Assembly: GCF_058153355.1 (NCBI RefSeq)
Contig: NZ_CM177019.1
Length of the DNA stretch: 64,000 nucleotides
Strand: one strand, 5' to 3'
Part shown: positions 32,790-45,521 of the stretch, piece after piece
Layout of the letters: every line of letters starts with the position of its first letter
Position numbering within the stretch: position 1 is the first letter of the stretch
Notes under the pieces: model-generated
Databases searched by the model: none
The model's input: the letters and a program-made list of their open reading frames with translations, nothing else
Told to the model about the DNA's origin: nothing
Program-made: the position numbers and the translations under genes

Positions 32790-35399
32790 TTATGAGCCAG
32801 GATGTGTGCAAACTGCCGAAATAACAGTGACGGCTTGCTGTAAGCTTTGCTTCGGCAATACATAGTGCGCAATGCAGCGTGAGTTCGCGCCGTCTCCCCA
32901 CTGAACCAGTAATTCACCAGACAATGGCGCACCACTTAAATAAACTTGCCCGTCATCACCCACCATACTGGTTATTCCGGTACTGTTTTCCCGTACCAGT
33001 GATCCAAACGGCACCGGTTTTCCGCCCTGGGTAACGGTAATGAGCGCCCGCACGCCTATGCGGGTATCAAAATTGGCACGAACCAACGCGCCTTGCGTCG
33101 GCACAACGCTGCTAATATTTTTTTCAACATCGATGGAATTCCCCATCGTATTGGTATCAAGCGCGATACGGTTATACCGATAAACCGTGGCATACGGCAT
33201 CACCGCATAGCCGCGCCAGTCGGTTAAAATTCCAGTTTGATTTTCAACGCGTACACCGCCTGCGCCAGGCGCTTTAATCAAAACATTGGTATCCCCTAAA
33301 GGCTGGCTCAGCGTTATACCATTTTCATGCCCGACCACACCGCCAGACAGCTGCCAGTTAACGTCATGTTGATCGCGGTCGTAGTTATACCCGACCCCCA
33401 GCGTACCGTAAGCGGCCTGCCAGTTTGCCGTGGCGCTGCCCGTGTACCCATTATTCGAGGTATCGCCCTGGCTTACGTGATAACTCAGGTTGTGGCCTTC
33501 CAGTAAGGTCCCACCAACGCCTGCCAGCCAGCTATTTTGCCCGTTGCTGTTACGGTTGGCGTTAAAGGAGGCATAAGCGCGATCGAGCGCATTTTCCCGG
33601 GTGTAGCGACGTTTGGTCAGAACATTGAAAGGCACTGAAACATTAAGTCCGACAATACGTTCGTTATCGGGGATCCCTACAGATTCATTCCACGAAAATG
33701 AGAGTGAATAACTGATGCCAACCCAGCTGCTGGTATACCCCACCTGATACCAGGTATCTGAATCCGAAGTATTCCAGTATTTTTGATGGGTACCAGAAAT
33801 ATAAAGCGAGCCAAAGTCATTAAGTGATTGTGAAATATTTAACTGCAAACGGTCTTTACGACTAAAGCGTAAATTGTGGTAATTCACGATTATCGGTTCA
33901 TCGCGATGCTCACCGTCATAATCGTAATCATATTCGTACCCCTCCATTCGACGATACGCAACATCATCAAGGGTATAAAAACCTTGTGTCGAATAGCGGT
34001 AACCCATTAACTGAAAATTGGTGCCGAAAGTGTTCATTGATTTCGCATAGAGGAAGCGAATGGAATCCCCCTCATGACGACTGTCGTCGGCTAACTGACT
34101 GCGCGCATGCGTTACATCCAGCGACACTGCGCCCCAGTTCCCGAGGTTGCGCCCCAGCCCTAACAAAAAGGCGGTGTAATTTGCAGATAATTGCGTCCCG
34201 CCGTAGGCAGTAAATTCCTGTGGTAAACCGCCGAGTGCCGTGCCCTGAAAAAAGAAAGGCGACGATTGCTGACTATTACCGCTACGAAAATCGCCCGCCG
34301 TCAGGTCAAATTTGAAACGCCCTTCGCGTTGTAAAATTGGCACTGTTGAATACGGAATAGTGTAATTCTGCTGATTACCATCGCGCTCGTCGATGGTGAC
34401 GTCCAGATCGCCATTTGAAGATGTCGGGTGCAAATCTGTAATTTCGAAAGCGCCGGGGGAAACATAGCTTTGATAGATAATAAAACCATTTTGCCGAATC
34501 GTTAGCTGGGCCGCCGTACGGGCAATCCCACGTACCGTTGGGGCAAACCCTTGCTGGCTATCTGGATACATATTATCAGAAGAATAAAGCCGTACACCGC
34601 GAAATCCGACGCCATCGAAAATATCACTCCCTGTATTACCGTCTCCCATTACCAGTTCACTTTTCAGCGGAATAATGGCGCGCTGTACCCAGGTGCCAAT
34701 ATTATTCCACTGTTCTGAATGATATCCATTTCCGCGAAAATAGTTCCAGGAACCATTGTTGCGTAAACGCCACGGGCCAATATTAATCCCACTGAGTTCA
34801 CTAAAAAAATAGCTATCGTTACTATTACCTCTGTTACCGGTGAAATTATAATTCAGGAGTAAAGCAGGAATACCTTCATCCCACTCTTCAGGCGGAATGT
34901 AACCGTGAGCGCTACTCAACAACGCTATCTGAGGAATAGTGATGTTCAGGCGCATCGCTGCAAAATCAAAGTTAATTGTGGCATCAGGTACAGCTTTCAG
35001 TAAATTAATGCATTTATTATTTTGCTGCTGGGCTAACTCGGGGAATGCACTGCTATTAAGGCCAATTCGTTCAAGGAGTGCCTGGTTAAAACAAGGCATT
35101 AATCCACCTGATTTATCACCTGTATTTACTGTCGTCGATTCAAATACGATATCCTGTGAACCAATGAACTCATCATTACGCCAGAGATCCACCCGATACA
35201 CACCCGCAGGTTGATGATTACCTCTCTCAAAGCGCGATAAATCAGCAACGGATGTGCCATTCTCTAATAAAAATGCCGGGTTGAAATAACTTTCCGCATA
35301 GCTTAAAAAGGAGGGTAAAATGGCAAGAGATGAATAACAAATTCCGGCCAGACACCAGGTATACCTCTGCGGAATATCCGTAATAGTGGGTATTTTCAT
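32790..35399 (-). CDS. sfmD: Fimbrial outer-membrane usher SfmD
   Basis: 869-aa ORF, typical usher size; synteny between chaperone and adhesin genes. Confidence 0.92.
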   Translation of the reverse strand: MKIPTITDIPQRYTWCLAGICYSSLAILPSFLSYAESYFNPAFLLENGTSVADLSRFERGNHQPAGVYRVDLWRNDEFIGSQDIVFESTTVNTGDKSGGLMPCFNQALLERIGLNSSAFPELAQQQNNKCINLLKAVPDATINFDFAAMRLNITIPQIALLSSAHGYIPPEEWDEGIPALLLNYNFTGNRGNSNDSYFFSELSGINIGPWRLRNNGSWNYFRGNGYHSEQWNNIGTWVQRAIIPLKSELVMGDGNTGSDIFDGVGFRGVRLYSSDNMYPDSQQGFAPTVRGIARTAAQLTIRQNGFIIYQSYVSPGAFEITDLHPTSSNGDLDVTIDERDGNQQNYTIPYSTVPILQREGRFKFDLTAGDFRSGNSQQSSPFFFQGTALGGLPQEFTAYGGTQLSANYTAFLLGLGRNLGNWGAVSLDVTHARSQLADDSRHEGDSIRFLYAKSMNTFGTNFQLMGYRYSTQGFYTLDDVAYRRMEGYEYDYDYDGEHRDEPIIVNYHNLRFSRKDRLQLNISQSLNDFGSLYISGTHQKYWNTSDSDTWYQVGYTSSWVGISYSLSFSWNESVGIPDNERIVGLNVSVPFNVLTKRRYTRENALDRAYASFNANRNSNGQNSWLAGVGGTLLEGHNLSYHVSQGDTSNNGYTGSATANWQAAYGTLGVGYNYDRDQHDVNWQLSGGVVGHENGITLSQPLGDTNVLIKAPGAGGVRVENQTGILTDWRGYAVMPYATVYRYNRIALDTNTMGNSIDVEKNISSVVPTQGALVRANFDTRIGVRALITVTQGGKPVPFGSLVRENSTGITSMVGDDGQVYLSGAPLSGELLVQWGDGANSRCIAHYVLPKQSLQQAVTVISAVCTHPGS

Positions 35400-35429
35400 A
35401 ATTAGCTCTGATATTGTCAGATGATTCGG

Positions 35430-36122
35430 TTAGTTTAAGTTCACTTCTCTGACCGGGGTTACTGAACCATAATCATTAACGGTCTGAAATTTCAGCTTTC
35501 CCTGTACTCCTGAGGGTAAGGGAATTTGTGAATTAACTCTGGGTGCAGCCATAGCATTCCCCAACTTTTGGCTGCCCACTTGCAGGTTAACCAGGGTGAC
35601 ATAAAAAGGTGATGGATTATGAACATTGATATAGTTACCGGATCGCGAAAACTTGAGTGTGTCCGGCGCTTCTGCGGGTAATTCTTGTAGTTGAATTGGA
35701 CGGAGAAATAACTTCATGCGCGATAAAATCGCCAGTTGCAAAACATTCCTGCCGTTCAATGCATTTTTATCTACCGAAGGGATCGTCTTAACATTCATCC
35801 AGAACAAAGACTCACGATCTGCCGCCAGCGGTGGACCGGTGTAAATAATACGCAAGGTATTTTCGCTTTTGGGTTCACTAACAAACAGTGGCGGTGTAAT
35901 GATGAATGACTTTTCTTTTACACCGCTACTGTTTTCAATCCACGAATTGACCAGAAAGCGCTCATTGGTATGGCTATTTCTAATCCATACCGCAGTCTGT
36001 TTAGCATCGGCGGGATAAATAATACGCGTGGCACCTAATGCGATCCCTCCGGCAGCATGGGCGCTGGCCGAAATGATTAAATAAAATATAATGGGCATCA
36101 ATAACTTTATTTTAGTCATCAT
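35430..36122 (-). CDS. sfmC: Periplasmic fimbrial chaperone SfmC, 230 aa
   Basis: 230-aa ORF with signal peptide and PapD-like features. Confidence 0.92.
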   Translation of the reverse strand: MMTKIKLLMPIIFYLIISASAHAAGGIALGATRIIYPADAKQTAVWIRNSHTNERFLVNSWIENSSGVKEKSFIITPPLFVSEPKSENTLRIIYTGPPLAADRESLFWMNVKTIPSVDKNALNGRNVLQLAILSRMKLFLRPIQLQELPAEAPDTLKFSRSGNYINVHNPSPFYVTLVNLQVGSQKLGNAMAAPRVNSQIPLPSGVQGKLKFQTVNDYGSVTPVREVNLN

Positions 36123-36341
36123 AGTTAATACGCCTTGTGTATTCCTGACGGCAAAAATAAGGAGTATAAAGAAATGATTGCTTTGGTTTATTACAACACA
36201 TCATTCCCTTTTCATTTAATAAAGCGGCATGATACAAAGTGAGCGTGATTTCGATTTACATTGCCACCATACCGCTTCAGACAACCGGTACATTACTTTG
36301 TTATAAGACGTGATATATAATTCAAAACTACGTAGTTTTGA

Positions 36342-36884
36342 TTATTCGTATCTCATAATAAAAGTCGCGTCAGCATTTGCTTGCCCTGCTGATGCACTTG
36401 TACCGGTGCCTTTATAACGCGCAGAAAAATGAAGAACGTTGGTCCCGGGGATCAAGTTCTGGTTGGTTGAGAAGCTATTCCCATCAGGTTTGAGAATTGC
36501 GGATGTATTATCAAGTATTTCAATACCGACACCCGTTGCTGTTGTTGTATTGGTACTGGATGCAATGGCCAATAAATTATCATTGATTGCATCCGCCTGA
36601 CCAGAAAATGCAACGGCAGCATTAGCGGCAACAACAGGATCGCAGTCGTTCAACTGTATAGTGAATGGAATTAATGCAGAGGTATTACCAACAGCATTGA
36701 AAATATCGGTACGATATTGACCGAGTGTGACAACCTGGTCTGCCGAGTCAGTATTCACTGAACAGGCAGCATTCACCAGTTCGCCTTCAAAGTGAATTGT
36801 ACCGCCATCTACAACGGCAGCATAACTACCCGTAGCGGCTAATAGTGCGGCAGCCAGCGCAGACGAAATAAATCTTAATTTCAT
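36342..36884 (-). CDS. sfmA: Fimbrial major subunit SfmA (type 1-like pilin), 180 aa
   Basis: ORF track 36342..36917; ATG at 36884 gives [22 protein letters not shown] signal peptide; pilin-like C-terminus. Confidence 0.9.
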   Translation of the reverse strand: MKLRFISSALAAALLAATGSYAAVVDGGTIHFEGELVNAACSVNTDSADQVVTLGQYRTDIFNAVGNTSALIPFTIQLNDCDPVVAANAAVAFSGQADAINDNLLAIASSTNTTTATGVGIEILDNTSAILKPDGNSFSTNQNLIPGTNVLHFSARYKGTGTSASAGQANADATFIMRYE

Positions 36885-37355
36885 ATATATTCCTTCAATC
36901 TCATTTATCGACTCCACATCCGTATATAACCGATTACTTTATTTAAGACACTGATAGTAGTAAAATTCCTTTTTATCCTCTAAGAATGTCTTAATTGAAA
37001 ATATGCACTCTATTCTAAAAAATAGAGAGCCCCGTTAGATGAATATTTCCGCGCAAAATATATTCAACACAAATATAGACCTGAAGCGGTAAATTACCAG
37101 GCTGAAAATTCTTTTTATATTGTCAGGTATTTCTTAAATTATCTTAATCCTTAGACAAGGAAATAAATCAGTTCCAGATTTACAACGTCATCATGGACGA
37201 AAAATGAAGCTTTCAATCTCAGCGACGGTGCGCCTCACCTTCGCAAGAGGTCGCTTCACGCGATAAATCTGAAACGAAAACTGACAGCACGCCCCGCTTC
37301 TGACAAAATAGGCGCATCCCCTTCGACCTACGTAACAGATGGAATCCTCTCTCTG

Positions 37356-38222
37356 ATGGCAGCAAAGATTATTGACGGTAAAACGATTGCGCAGCAGGTG
37401 CGCTCTGAAGTTGCTCAAAAAGTTCAGGCACGTATTGCAGCTGGACTGCGGGCACCAGGACTGGCCGTAGTACTGGTGGGTAGCAACCCTGCATCGCAAA
37501 TTTATGTCGCAAGCAAACGCAAAGCTTGTGAAGAAGTCGGGTTCGTCTCCCGTTCTTATGACCTCCCGGAAACCACCAGCGAAGCGGAGCTGCTGGAGCT
37601 TATCGATGCGCTGAATGCCGACAACACCATTGATGGCATTCTGGTCCAACTGCCGTTACCGGCGGGTATTGATAACGTCAAAGTGCTGGAACGAATTCAC
37701 CCGGACAAAGACGTTGACGGTTTCCATCCTTATAACGTCGGTCGTCTATGCCAGCGCGCGCCGCGTCTACGTCCTTGCACCCCGCGTGGGATCGTCACAC
37801 TGCTTGAGCGATACAACATTGATACCTTCGGTCTTAACGCCGTGGTGATTGGCGCATCGAATATCGTCGGTCGCCCAATGAGCATGGAACTGTTGCTCGC
37901 AGGTTGCACCACCACCGTGACTCACCGCTTCACTAAAAATCTGCGTCATCACGTAGAAAATGCCGATCTATTGATCGTTGCCGTCGGTAAGCCAGGCTTT
38001 ATTCCCGGTGACTGGATCAAAGAAGGCGCAATTGTGATTGATGTCGGCATCAACCGTCTGGAAAATGGCAAAGTTGTGGGCGACGTCGTGTTTGAAGACG
38101 CGGCTAAACGCGCCTCATACATTACGCCTGTTCCGGGCGGCGTTGGCCCGATGACGGTTGCCACGCTGATTGAAAACACGCTACAGGCGTGCGTTGAGTA
38201 TCATGATCCACAGGGTGAGTAA
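37356..38222 (+). CDS. folD: Bifunctional methylenetetrahydrofolate dehydrogenase/cyclohydrolase FolD, 288 aa
   Basis: 288-aa [26 protein letters not shown]; highly conserved. Confidence 0.96.
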
Positions 38223-38223
38223 C

Positions 38224-38436
38224 ATGGCGACATTTTCTTTAGGTAAACATCCGCACGTTGAGCTGTGCGACTTGCTGAAACTGGAAGGCTGGAGCGAAAG
38301 CGGCGCGCAGGCGAAAATCGCGATTGCCGAAGGCCAGGTGAAAGTCGACGGCGCGGTTGAAACGCGCAAACGCTGCAAAATCGTCGCCGGTCAGACAGTG
38401 AGTTTTGCAGGTCACAGCGTACAGGTTGTTGCCTGA
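38224..38436 (+). CDS. ybcJ: S4-domain RNA-binding protein YbcJ, 70 aa
   Basis: ATG at 38224 gives MATFSLGKHPHVELCDLLKLEGW; immediately after folD. Confidence 0.85.
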   Translation: MATFSLGKHPHVELCDLLKLEGWSESGAQAKIAIAEGQVKVDGAVETRKRCKIVAGQTVSFAGHSVQVVA

Positions 38437-38543
38437 TCCCTTTCCCGGCCTGTATCAACAGGCCGGTTCTCTTTTCAGACTTTTGCCCTCTACGCCCCGT
38501 TCATCCATGCTGATAGCATCGACATTTTGCCGAAGCGACCATC

Positions 38544-39065
38544 ATGCCAACCGTTATTACGCACGCCGCCGTTCCCCTTTGCATTGGTTTAGGGTTGGGT
38601 TCGAAAGTCATCCCTCCGCGCCTGTTATTTGCCGGAATCATCCTGGCGATGCTGCCCGATGCTGATGTATTGACATTTAAATTTGGCGTTGCTTACGGCA
38701 ATGTTTTTGGTCATCGCGGGTTCACCCATTCGCTGGTGTTTGCGTTTGTTGTCCCGCTGTTATGTGTGCTGATTGGACGTCGATGGTTCAGGGCTGGGCT
38801 GATTCGCTGCTGGCTGTTTTTAACCGTTTCGTTGCTATCGCACAGCTTGCTGGATTCGGTAACCACTGGCGGTAAAAGCGTTGGCTGGCTGTGGCCGTGG
38901 TCAGATGAACGCTTTTTCGCTCCCTGGCAGGTGATTAAAGTCGCGCCGTTTGCATTGTCTCGTTACACCACGCCGTACGGGCATCAGGTGATTATTTCTG
39001 AATTGATGTGGGTGTGGTTGCCGGGGATGCTACTGATGGGAATGTTGTGGTGGCGCAGACGATAA
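38544..39065 (+). CDS. ybcI: Inner-membrane protein YbcI (metal-dependent hydrolase-like), 173 aa
   Basis: 173-aa hydrophobic ORF; synteny. Confidence 0.85.
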   Translation: MPTVITHAAVPLCIGLGLGSKVIPPRLLFAGIILAMLPDADVLTFKFGVAYGNVFGHRGFTHSLVFAFVVPLLCVLIGRRWFRAGLIRCWLFLTVSLLSHSLLDSVTTGGKSVGWLWPWSDERFFAPWQVIKVAPFALSRYTTPYGHQVIISELMWVWLPGMLLMGMLWWRRR

Positions 39066-39089
39066 CCGGATGCGAAAACTCGCATCCGG
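39066..39089. terminator. Bidirectional terminator hairpin between convergent ybcI and cysS
   Basis: Perfect 9-bp stem ccggatgcg-aaaact-cgcatccgg. Confidence 0.55.
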
Positions 39090-39100
39090 CAATAGCGCAA

Positions 39101-40486
39101 TTACTTACGACGCCAGGTGGTCCCTTGCGGGCCATCTTCCAGCACGATCCCCATCTCGTTAAGACGGTCACGCGCCGCATCTGCCGCCGCCCAGTCTTTC
39201 GCTTTACGGGCATCCAGACGCTGTTGAATTAACGCTTCAATCTCAGCCACTTCGCTGTCGTCTGCCTGCGCGCCGCTTTGCAGGAACGCTTCCGGTTCTT
39301 GCTCCAGCAGGCCCAATACAGCGGAAAGTTTACGCAGGTGAGATGCCATTGCATTCGCCGCTGCCATATCTTCTGCTTTCAGACGGTTCACTTCACGCGC
39401 CATATCAAACAGCACGGAATAGGCTTCCGGGGTGTTGAAATCGTCGTCCATCGCTTCAATAAAGCGCGCTTCAAACGCTTCACCACCCGCAGGAGCAACG
39501 GTTTTATCTGTGCCGCGCAGCGCAGTGTAGAGACGCTCCAGTGCCGCACGCGCCTGCTTCAGGTTCTCTTCGCTGTAGTTCAGCTGGCTGCGATAGTGCC
39601 CCGACATCAGGAAGTAACGCACGGTTTCGGCATCGTAGTATTTCAGCACATCGCGCACGGTAAAGAAGTTACCCAGCGATTTGGACATCTTCTCTCGGTC
39701 AACCATTACCATCCCCGAGTGCATCCAGTAGTTCACATACTGGCCATCATGGGCACAGGTGGACTGCGCGATTTCGTTCTCGTGGTGCGGGAACATCAGG
39801 TCAGAACCGCCGCCGTGGATATCAAAGTGGTTACCCAGCTGCTTGCAGTTCATTGCCGAACATTCAATGTGCCAGCCTGGACGGCCCGCGCCCCACGGAG
39901 ACGGCCAGCTCGGTTCGCCCTCTTTCGACATCTTCCACAGAACGAAGTCCATCGGGTTGCGTTTGTCGTCGACCACGTCAACGCGCGCGCCTGCCTGCAG
40001 CTGGTCGAGATCCTGACGCGACAGCACGCCATAAGTTGGATCGGTCGGTACGTCGAACATCACGTCGCCGTTGTCCGCCACATAAGCGTGACCTTTGGCG
40101 ATCAGTTGTTCAGTGAGTTCAATAATTTCTGCGATATGGTGCGTCGCGCGCGGCTCCATATCCGGGCGCAGAATGTTCAAAGCATCAAAATCTTTGTGCA
40201 TTTCGGCGATCATGCGATCCACCAGCGCTACAAAGCTTTCGCCATTTTCATTGGCACGCTTGATGATTTTGTCGTCGATATCGGTAATGTTGCGCACATA
40301 CTTCAGCTTATAGCCGAGGAAACGCAGATAGCGCGCAACCACGTCAAAGGCAACAAAGGTACGCCCGTGACCGATATGACAGAGATCGTAAACGGTGATT
40401 CCACACACGTACATGCCGACTTCCCCGGCGTGAATAGGCTTAAATTCCTCTTTTTGGCGTGTCAGAGTATTGAAGATTTTTAGCAT
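39101..40486 (-). CDS. cysS: Cysteinyl-tRNA synthetase CysS, 461 aa
   Basis: 461-aa [18 protein letters not shown] with HIGH ([13 protein letters not shown]) and KMSKS motifs. Confidence 0.97.
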
Positions 40487-40659
40487 CGAAGATTCCGTTT
40501 AGACATGTGTGGGTAATTGAGTTGCGTATAATACCCATATTTCCCGCGCGAATCAGCATACATTGCGTGATGATCCGATCGTGCGGTTATGCTATAACAC
40601 CACCCTATATATGACCCGAATCGGGTTGAAGCACCAATCAAACGGAACAGGATGCAAAA

Positions 40660-41154
40660 ATGGTTACTTTCCACACCAATCACGGCGATATTGTCATCAA
40701 AACTTTTGACGATAAAGCACCTGAAACAGTTAAAAACTTCCTGGACTACTGCCGCGAAGGTTTTTACAACAACACCATTTTCCACCGTGTTATCAACGGC
40801 TTTATGATTCAGGGCGGCGGTTTTGAGCCAGGCATGAAGCAAAAAGCCACCAAAGAACCGATCAAAAACGAAGCCAACAACGGTCTGAAAAATACCCGTG
40901 GTACGCTGGCAATGGCCCGTACTCAGGCACCGCACTCTGCAACTGCACAGTTCTTCATCAACGTGGTTGATAACGACTTCCTGAACTTCTCTGGCGAAAG
41001 CCTGCAAGGTTGGGGTTACTGCGTGTTTGCTGAAGTGGTTGAAGGCATGGACGTGGTTGACAAAATCAAAGGTGTAGCAACCGGTCGTAGCGGTATGCAC
41101 CAGGACGTGCCAAAAGAAGACGTTATCATTGAAAGCGTGACCGTTAGCGAGTAA
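40660..41154 (+). CDS. ppiB: Peptidyl-prolyl cis-trans isomerase B (cyclophilin) PpiB, 164 aa
   Basis: 164-aa [30 protein letters not shown]; cyclophilin fold. Confidence 0.96.
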   Translation: MVTFHTNHGDIVIKTFDDKAPETVKNFLDYCREGFYNNTIFHRVINGFMIQGGGFEPGMKQKATKEPIKNEANNGLKNTRGTLAMARTQAPHSATAQFFINVVDNDFLNFSGESLQGWGYCVFAEVVEGMDVVDKIKGVATGRSGMHQDVPKEDVIIESVTVSE

Positions 41155-41156
41155 TC

Positions 41157-41879
41157 GTGGCGACACTCTTTATTGCAGATCTTCATCTCTGCGCGGAAGA
41201 ACCGGCGATCACCGCCGGTTTTCTGCGTTTTTTAGCGGGGGAAGCCCGCAAGGCCGACGCGCTGTATATTCTTGGCGATCTGTTTGAAGCATGGATTGGC
41301 GATGACGATCCCAACCCACTCCATCGCCAGATGGCCGCAGCGATCAAAGCGGTGTCCGATTCCGGTGTTCCCTGTTATTTCATTCATGGCAACCGTGATT
41401 TTCTGCTCGGCAAACGCTTTGCCCGTGAAAGTGGCATGACGTTATTGCCGGAAGAAAAGGTGCTCGAACTTTATGGTCGCCGGGTGTTGATTATGCATGG
41501 CGACACGCTGTGCACCGATGACGCGGGTTATCAGGCTTTTCGCGCCAAAGTCCACAAACCCTGGCTGCAAACGCTATTCCTCGCCCTGCCGTTGTTTGTG
41601 CGTAAACGCATTGCCGCGCGAATGCGCGCGAACAGCAAAGAAGCCAACAGCAGTAAATCGCTGGCGATCATGGACGTTAACCAAAACGCGGTGGTCAGTG
41701 CGATGGAAAAACATCAGGTGCAATGGCTGATCCACGGGCATACCCATCGCCCGGCGATCCATGAACTTATCGCCAATCAGCAACCTGCTTTCCGCGTCGT
41801 GCTGGGAGCCTGGCATACGGAAGGTTCAATGGTGAAAGTCACGGCGGATGACGTTGAGCTGATTCATTTTCCGTTTTAA
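41157..41879 (+). CDS. lpxH: UDP-2,3-diacylglucosamine hydrolase LpxH, 240 aa
   Basis: 240-aa [14 protein letters not shown] with calcineurin-like phosphoesterase motifs; 2-nt gap after ppiB. Confidence 0.94.
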   Translation: MATLFIADLHLCAEEPAITAGFLRFLAGEARKADALYILGDLFEAWIGDDDPNPLHRQMAAAIKAVSDSGVPCYFIHGNRDFLLGKRFARESGMTLLPEEKVLELYGRRVLIMHGDTLCTDDAGYQAFRAKVHKPWLQTLFLALPLFVRKRIAARMRANSKEANSSKSLAIMDVNQNAVVSAMEKHQVQWLIHGHTHRPAIHELIANQQPAFRVVLGAWHTEGSMVKVTADDVELIHFPF

Positions 41880-41995
41880 ATACCCGCAACTTTGCTGATT
41901 TCACAGCCACGCAACCGTTTTCCTTGCTCTCTTTCCGTGCTATTCTCTGTGCCCTCTAAAGCCGAGAGTTGTGCACCACAGGAGTTTTAAGACGC

Positions 41996-42505
41996 ATGTC
42001 TTCCCGCAATAATCCGGCGCGTGTCGCCATCGTGATGGGGTCCAAAAGCGACTGGGCTACCATGCAGTTCGCCGCCGAAATCTTCGAAATCCTGAATGTC
42101 CCGCACCACGTTGAAGTGGTTTCTGCTCACCGCACCCCCGATAAACTGTTCAGCTTCGCCGAAAGTGCCGAAGAGAACGGTTATCAGGTGATTATTGCTG
42201 GCGCAGGCGGCGCAGCGCACCTGCCGGGCATGATTGCCGCCAAAACGCTGGTGCCAGTGCTGGGTGTGCCAGTACAGAGCGCCGCACTGAGCGGTGTCGA
42301 TAGCCTCTACTCCATCGTACAAATGCCGCGCGGCATTCCGGTGGGTACGCTGGCGATTGGTAAAGCTGGCGCGGCAAACGCGGCGTTACTGGCAGCACAA
42401 ATTCTTGCAACTCATGATAAAGAACTGCACCAGCGTTTGAATGACTGGCGCAAAGCCCAGACTGATGAAGTGCTGGAAAACCCGGACCCGCGAGGTGCGG
42501 CATGA
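41996..42505 (+). CDS. purE: N5-carboxyaminoimidazole ribonucleotide mutase PurE, 169 aa
   Basis: ORF track 41969..42505; ATG at 41996 gives [20 protein letters not shown]. Confidence 0.96.
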   Translation: MSSRNNPARVAIVMGSKSDWATMQFAAEIFEILNVPHHVEVVSAHRTPDKLFSFAESAEENGYQVIIAGAGGAAHLPGMIAAKTLVPVLGVPVQSAALSGVDSLYSIVQMPRGIPVGTLAIGKAGAANAALLAAQILATHDKELHQRLNDWRKAQTDEVLENPDPRGAA

Positions 42506-43569
42506 AACAGGTTTGCGTCCTCGGTAACGGGCAGTTAGGCCGTATGTTGCGCCAGGCAGGCGAACCGTTAGGCATTGCTGTCTGGCCGGTCGGGCTGGAC
42601 GCTGAACCGGCGGCGGTGCCCTTTCAACAAAGCGTGATTACCGCTGAGATCGAACGCTGGCCGGAAACCGCATTAACGCGCGAGTTGGCACGCCATCCGG
42701 CCTTTGTGAACCGCGATGTGTTCCCAATTATTGCCGACCGTCTGACTCAGAAGCAGCTTTTCGACAAGCTTCACCTGCCGACCGCACCGTGGCAGTTACT
42801 TGCCGATCGCAGTGAGTGGCCTGCAGTGTTTGATCGTTTAGGTGAACTGGCGATTGTTAAGCGTCGCACTGGTGGCTATGACGGTCGCGGTCAATGGCGT
42901 TTACGCGCCGATGAAACCGCACAGTTACCGACTGAATGCTACGGCGAATGTATTGTCGAGCAGGGCATTAACTTCTCTGGCGAAGTATCGCTGGTTGGCG
43001 CGCGCGGCTTTGATGGCAGCACTGTGTTTTATCCGCTGACGCATAACCTGCATCAGGACGGTATTTTGCGCACCAGCGTCGCTTTCCCGCAGGCCAACGC
43101 ACAGCAGCAGGCGCAGGCCGAAGAGATGCTGTCGGCGATTATGCAGGAGCTGGGCTATGTTGGCGTGATGGCGATGGAGTGTTTTGTCACCCCGCAAGGT
43201 CTGCTGATCAACGAACTGGCTCCGCGTGTACATAACAGTGGTCACTGGACGCAAAACGGTGCCAGCATCGGCCAGTTTGAGCTGCATCTGCGGGCAATTA
43301 CCGATCTGCCGTTACCGCAACCGGTGGTCAATAGCCCGTCAGTGATGATCAACCTGATTGGTAGCGATGTGAACTATGACTGGCTGAAACTGCCGCTGGT
43401 GCATCTGCACTGGTACGACAAAGAAGTGCGTCCGGGCCGTAAGGTGGGGCATCTGAATTTGACCGACAGCGACACATCGCGTCTGACCGCAACGCTGGAA
43501 GCTTTAATCCCGCTGCTGCCGCCAGAGTATGCCAGCGGCGTGATGTGGGCGCAGAGTAAGTTCAGTTAA
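42502..43569 (+). CDS. purK: N5-carboxyaminoimidazole ribonucleotide synthase PurK, 355 aa
   Basis: 355-aa ATP-grasp [19 protein letters not shown]; start overlaps purE stop (ATGA). Confidence 0.96.
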   Translation: MKQVCVLGNGQLGRMLRQAGEPLGIAVWPVGLDAEPAAVPFQQSVITAEIERWPETALTRELARHPAFVNRDVFPIIADRLTQKQLFDKLHLPTAPWQLLADRSEWPAVFDRLGELAIVKRRTGGYDGRGQWRLRADETAQLPTECYGECIVEQGINFSGEVSLVGARGFDGSTVFYPLTHNLHQDGILRTSVAFPQANAQQQAQAEEMLSAIMQELGYVGVMAMECFVTPQGLLINELAPRVHNSGHWTQNGASIGQFELHLRAITDLPLPQPVVNSPSVMINLIGSDVNYDWLKLPLVHLHWYDKEVRPGRKVGHLNLTDSDTSRLTATLEALIPLLPPEYASGVMWAQSKFS

Positions 43570-43584
43570 CCTGGTACTCATATT

Positions 43585-43790
43585 CCTGCCGGATGCGGCG
43601 TGAACGCCTTATCCGGCCTACTAATCCGGTACCCATTGTAGGCCTGATAAGAGGCGTCAAGCGTCGCATCAGGCATGGTGCGCCGATTACCGGATGCGGC
43701 GTGAACGCCTTATCCGACTACCAATCCGGTACCCATTGTAGGCCTGATAAGAGGCGTCAAGCGTCGCATCAGGCATGGTGCGCCATATGC
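43585..43790. repeat. BIME/REP cluster: two ~100-bp direct repeats each containing inverted REP elements
   Basis: ccggatgcggcgtgaacgccttatccg...gtaggcctgataagaggcgtcaagcgtcgcatcaggcatggtgcgcc occurs twice in tandem between convergent purK and ybcF. Confidence 0.75.
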
Positions 43791-43802
43791 TGGATGCTCC
43801 CA

Positions 43803-44699
43803 TCACGACAGCGAAATACAGGTCCCCGCTTCGCCCGCCAGCGTCTCTTCAATCCGCGATAACGCCCCAATCCACGCAGGTTTACCACGGCTTCTGACAT
43901 AGCCACTCACCGCCGTTACCTTCGGTCCCATCGCCCCATCGGCTTTGGCAAATGGCGCTAACTCATCCGGTGTGGCATGGGGAATGGCGCGTTGCTGCGG
44001 CGTTCCCCAGTTTTCATAAACCGCATCAGCATCGGTGAGGATCACCAGTCCATCGGCATTAATCTGCTCGGCAAGCAACGCCGCGGCGAGATCTTTATCA
44101 ATCACCGCTTCACTCCCTGCTCCGTCATCCGTCACCGGAACACCGCCGCCGCCACTGCAAATCACCACATGCCCCTCTTTGAGCAACAACTCGATGGCTT
44201 CGCTGTCGAGAATTTTACGAGGCTGGGGAGATGCCACCACCCGGCGTAAATATTTGCCATCACGCTTCATTTGCCAGCCGTAAGTCGTTTCCAGTGCCTC
44301 TTGTTCTTCTGGCTGATAAACCGGGCCGATAAACTTCTCTGGCTGCAAAAACGCCGGATCATCAGGCGAAACTTCAATGCGCGTCAGCATCGTCGTGACA
44401 GGCGGCATCTGCGGCTGTGCGCTCAAGCTCTGCGCCAGCATATAGCCAATCATCCCCTGGCTTTCCGCCACCAGCACATCCAGCGGATACGGTTCTACCT
44501 CTTTCCACGCCAGATTCTGTAACGCCAGCAGCCCCACCTGTGGCCCGTTGCCGTGAACAATCGCCAGCCGATAAGAACGGGCCAGGCGCGCCAGTGCGGG
44601 TACAGCACTGGCAATGTTGCGATATTGATTTTCTGCCGTCAGCGCTTCGCCGCGCTGGAGTAAGGCGTTGCCCCCAAGAGCCACAACCAGTGTTTTCAT
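43803..44699 (-). CDS. ybcF: Carbamate kinase-like protein YbcF (ArcC family)
   Basis: 298-aa [21 protein letters not shown], amino-acid kinase family; synteny with ylbF-ylbE-fdrA. Confidence 0.88.
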   Translation of the reverse strand: MKTLVVALGGNALLQRGEALTAENQYRNIASAVPALARLARSYRLAIVHGNGPQVGLLALQNLAWKEVEPYPLDVLVAESQGMIGYMLAQSLSAQPQMPPVTTMLTRIEVSPDDPAFLQPEKFIGPVYQPEEQEALETTYGWQMKRDGKYLRRVVASPQPRKILDSEAIELLLKEGHVVICSGGGGVPVTDDGAGSEAVIDKDLAAALLAEQINADGLVILTDADAVYENWGTPQQRAIPHATPDELAPFAKADGAMGPKVTAVSGYVRSRGKPAWIGALSRIEETLAGEAGTCISLS

Positions 44700-45511
44700 G
44701 GTGTTCCTTGTAATAATTGTTGACCAAGCCAGAACCCCAGCAGCGTATCTGCCCCTGACGTATGCCCCAGCGCCAGCAGCGAATCAATCGCAACAGCGGT
44801 ACGTTTCGGGCAACTCAGAGCATGAACAAAGTGCAGGAGTGGCGAGGCGAAATATCCTTGCGCGGCGTAACGTAAATAATTAACGCTCACCGCCGTGGTA
44901 ACGAGTTGAAGATTGTCGGAACAGGCAAAAAACGGGCGACCGGAGCGCGCATCTAAAGCGCCAAAATACCAGGCCGCCAGCAGCATTCCGCTCAGCGTGT
45001 CATCATGACTCGGCGTTAATCCCGGCCCTTTACCCAGCCAGTGCCGCCAGTCGGTCTTAACGCCATTGAGCGCGGCCTGAAAACAGTGACGAAACTGGCG
45101 TAATTCAGCGGGAAGCGGATCGCCTGCCGCCAACGCCAGCGGCCCGAAAAGCCCGGTTTCCTCCGCGCGTTGCATCCATGCCGCTGCAAGCGGTTGAGGA
45201 TGCGCAGGCGGCGTAATACGCAGCAAACAATAACGCTGTGGCTGTTTAACCGTGAAACGCCCGAGGCGAATCCCTTGAGCCATAACCTGCGGTCGTTCAT
45301 TGCCGCATAATCCACCGCATAACGCATCGAATTGTGCGCGGCGAAGCACCCATCCTCCGGGACCGAAACCACTTCCCTGACGATGTAGCGTTAACAGTTC
45401 GCCGCTTTCTGTCAGCAGATTAATCGCCCGCCGCCAGATGCCCGCTAACCGCCAGGACTGGCGATAGTCAGGTGCACTACGACTGGCAAGCAGAGGATGG
45501 ATGATCGTCAT
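44696..45511 (-). CDS. ylbF: Uncharacterized protein YlbF (DUF2877), 271 aa
   Basis: ORF track 44696..45604; internal ATG at 45511 ([16 protein letters not shown]) gives 271 aa; 4-nt overlap with ybcF. Confidence 0.82.
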   Translation of the reverse strand: MTIIHPLLASRSAPDYRQSWRLAGIWRRAINLLTESGELLTLHRQGSGFGPGGWVLRRAQFDALCGGLCGNERPQVMAQGIRLGRFTVKQPQRYCLLRITPPAHPQPLAAAWMQRAEETGLFGPLALAAGDPLPAELRQFRHCFQAALNGVKTDWRHWLGKGPGLTPSHDDTLSGMLLAAWYFGALDARSGRPFFACSDNLQLVTTAVSVNYLRYAAQGYFASPLLHFVHALSCPKRTAVAIDSLLALGHTSGADTLLGFWLGQQLLQGTP

Positions 45512-45521
45512 TGCGCGTTCC

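Noticed and set aside
39278-40483. 401-aa plus-strand ORF antisense to cysS
   Set aside because: Fully overlaps cysS, whose identity is supported by HIGH and KMSKS motifs; the antisense frame lacks any recognisable domain.
40480-41166. 228-aa minus-strand ORF antisense to ppiB
   Set aside because: Overlaps the conserved cyclophilin gene ppiB on the opposite strand; His/Cys/Val-rich antisense artefact.
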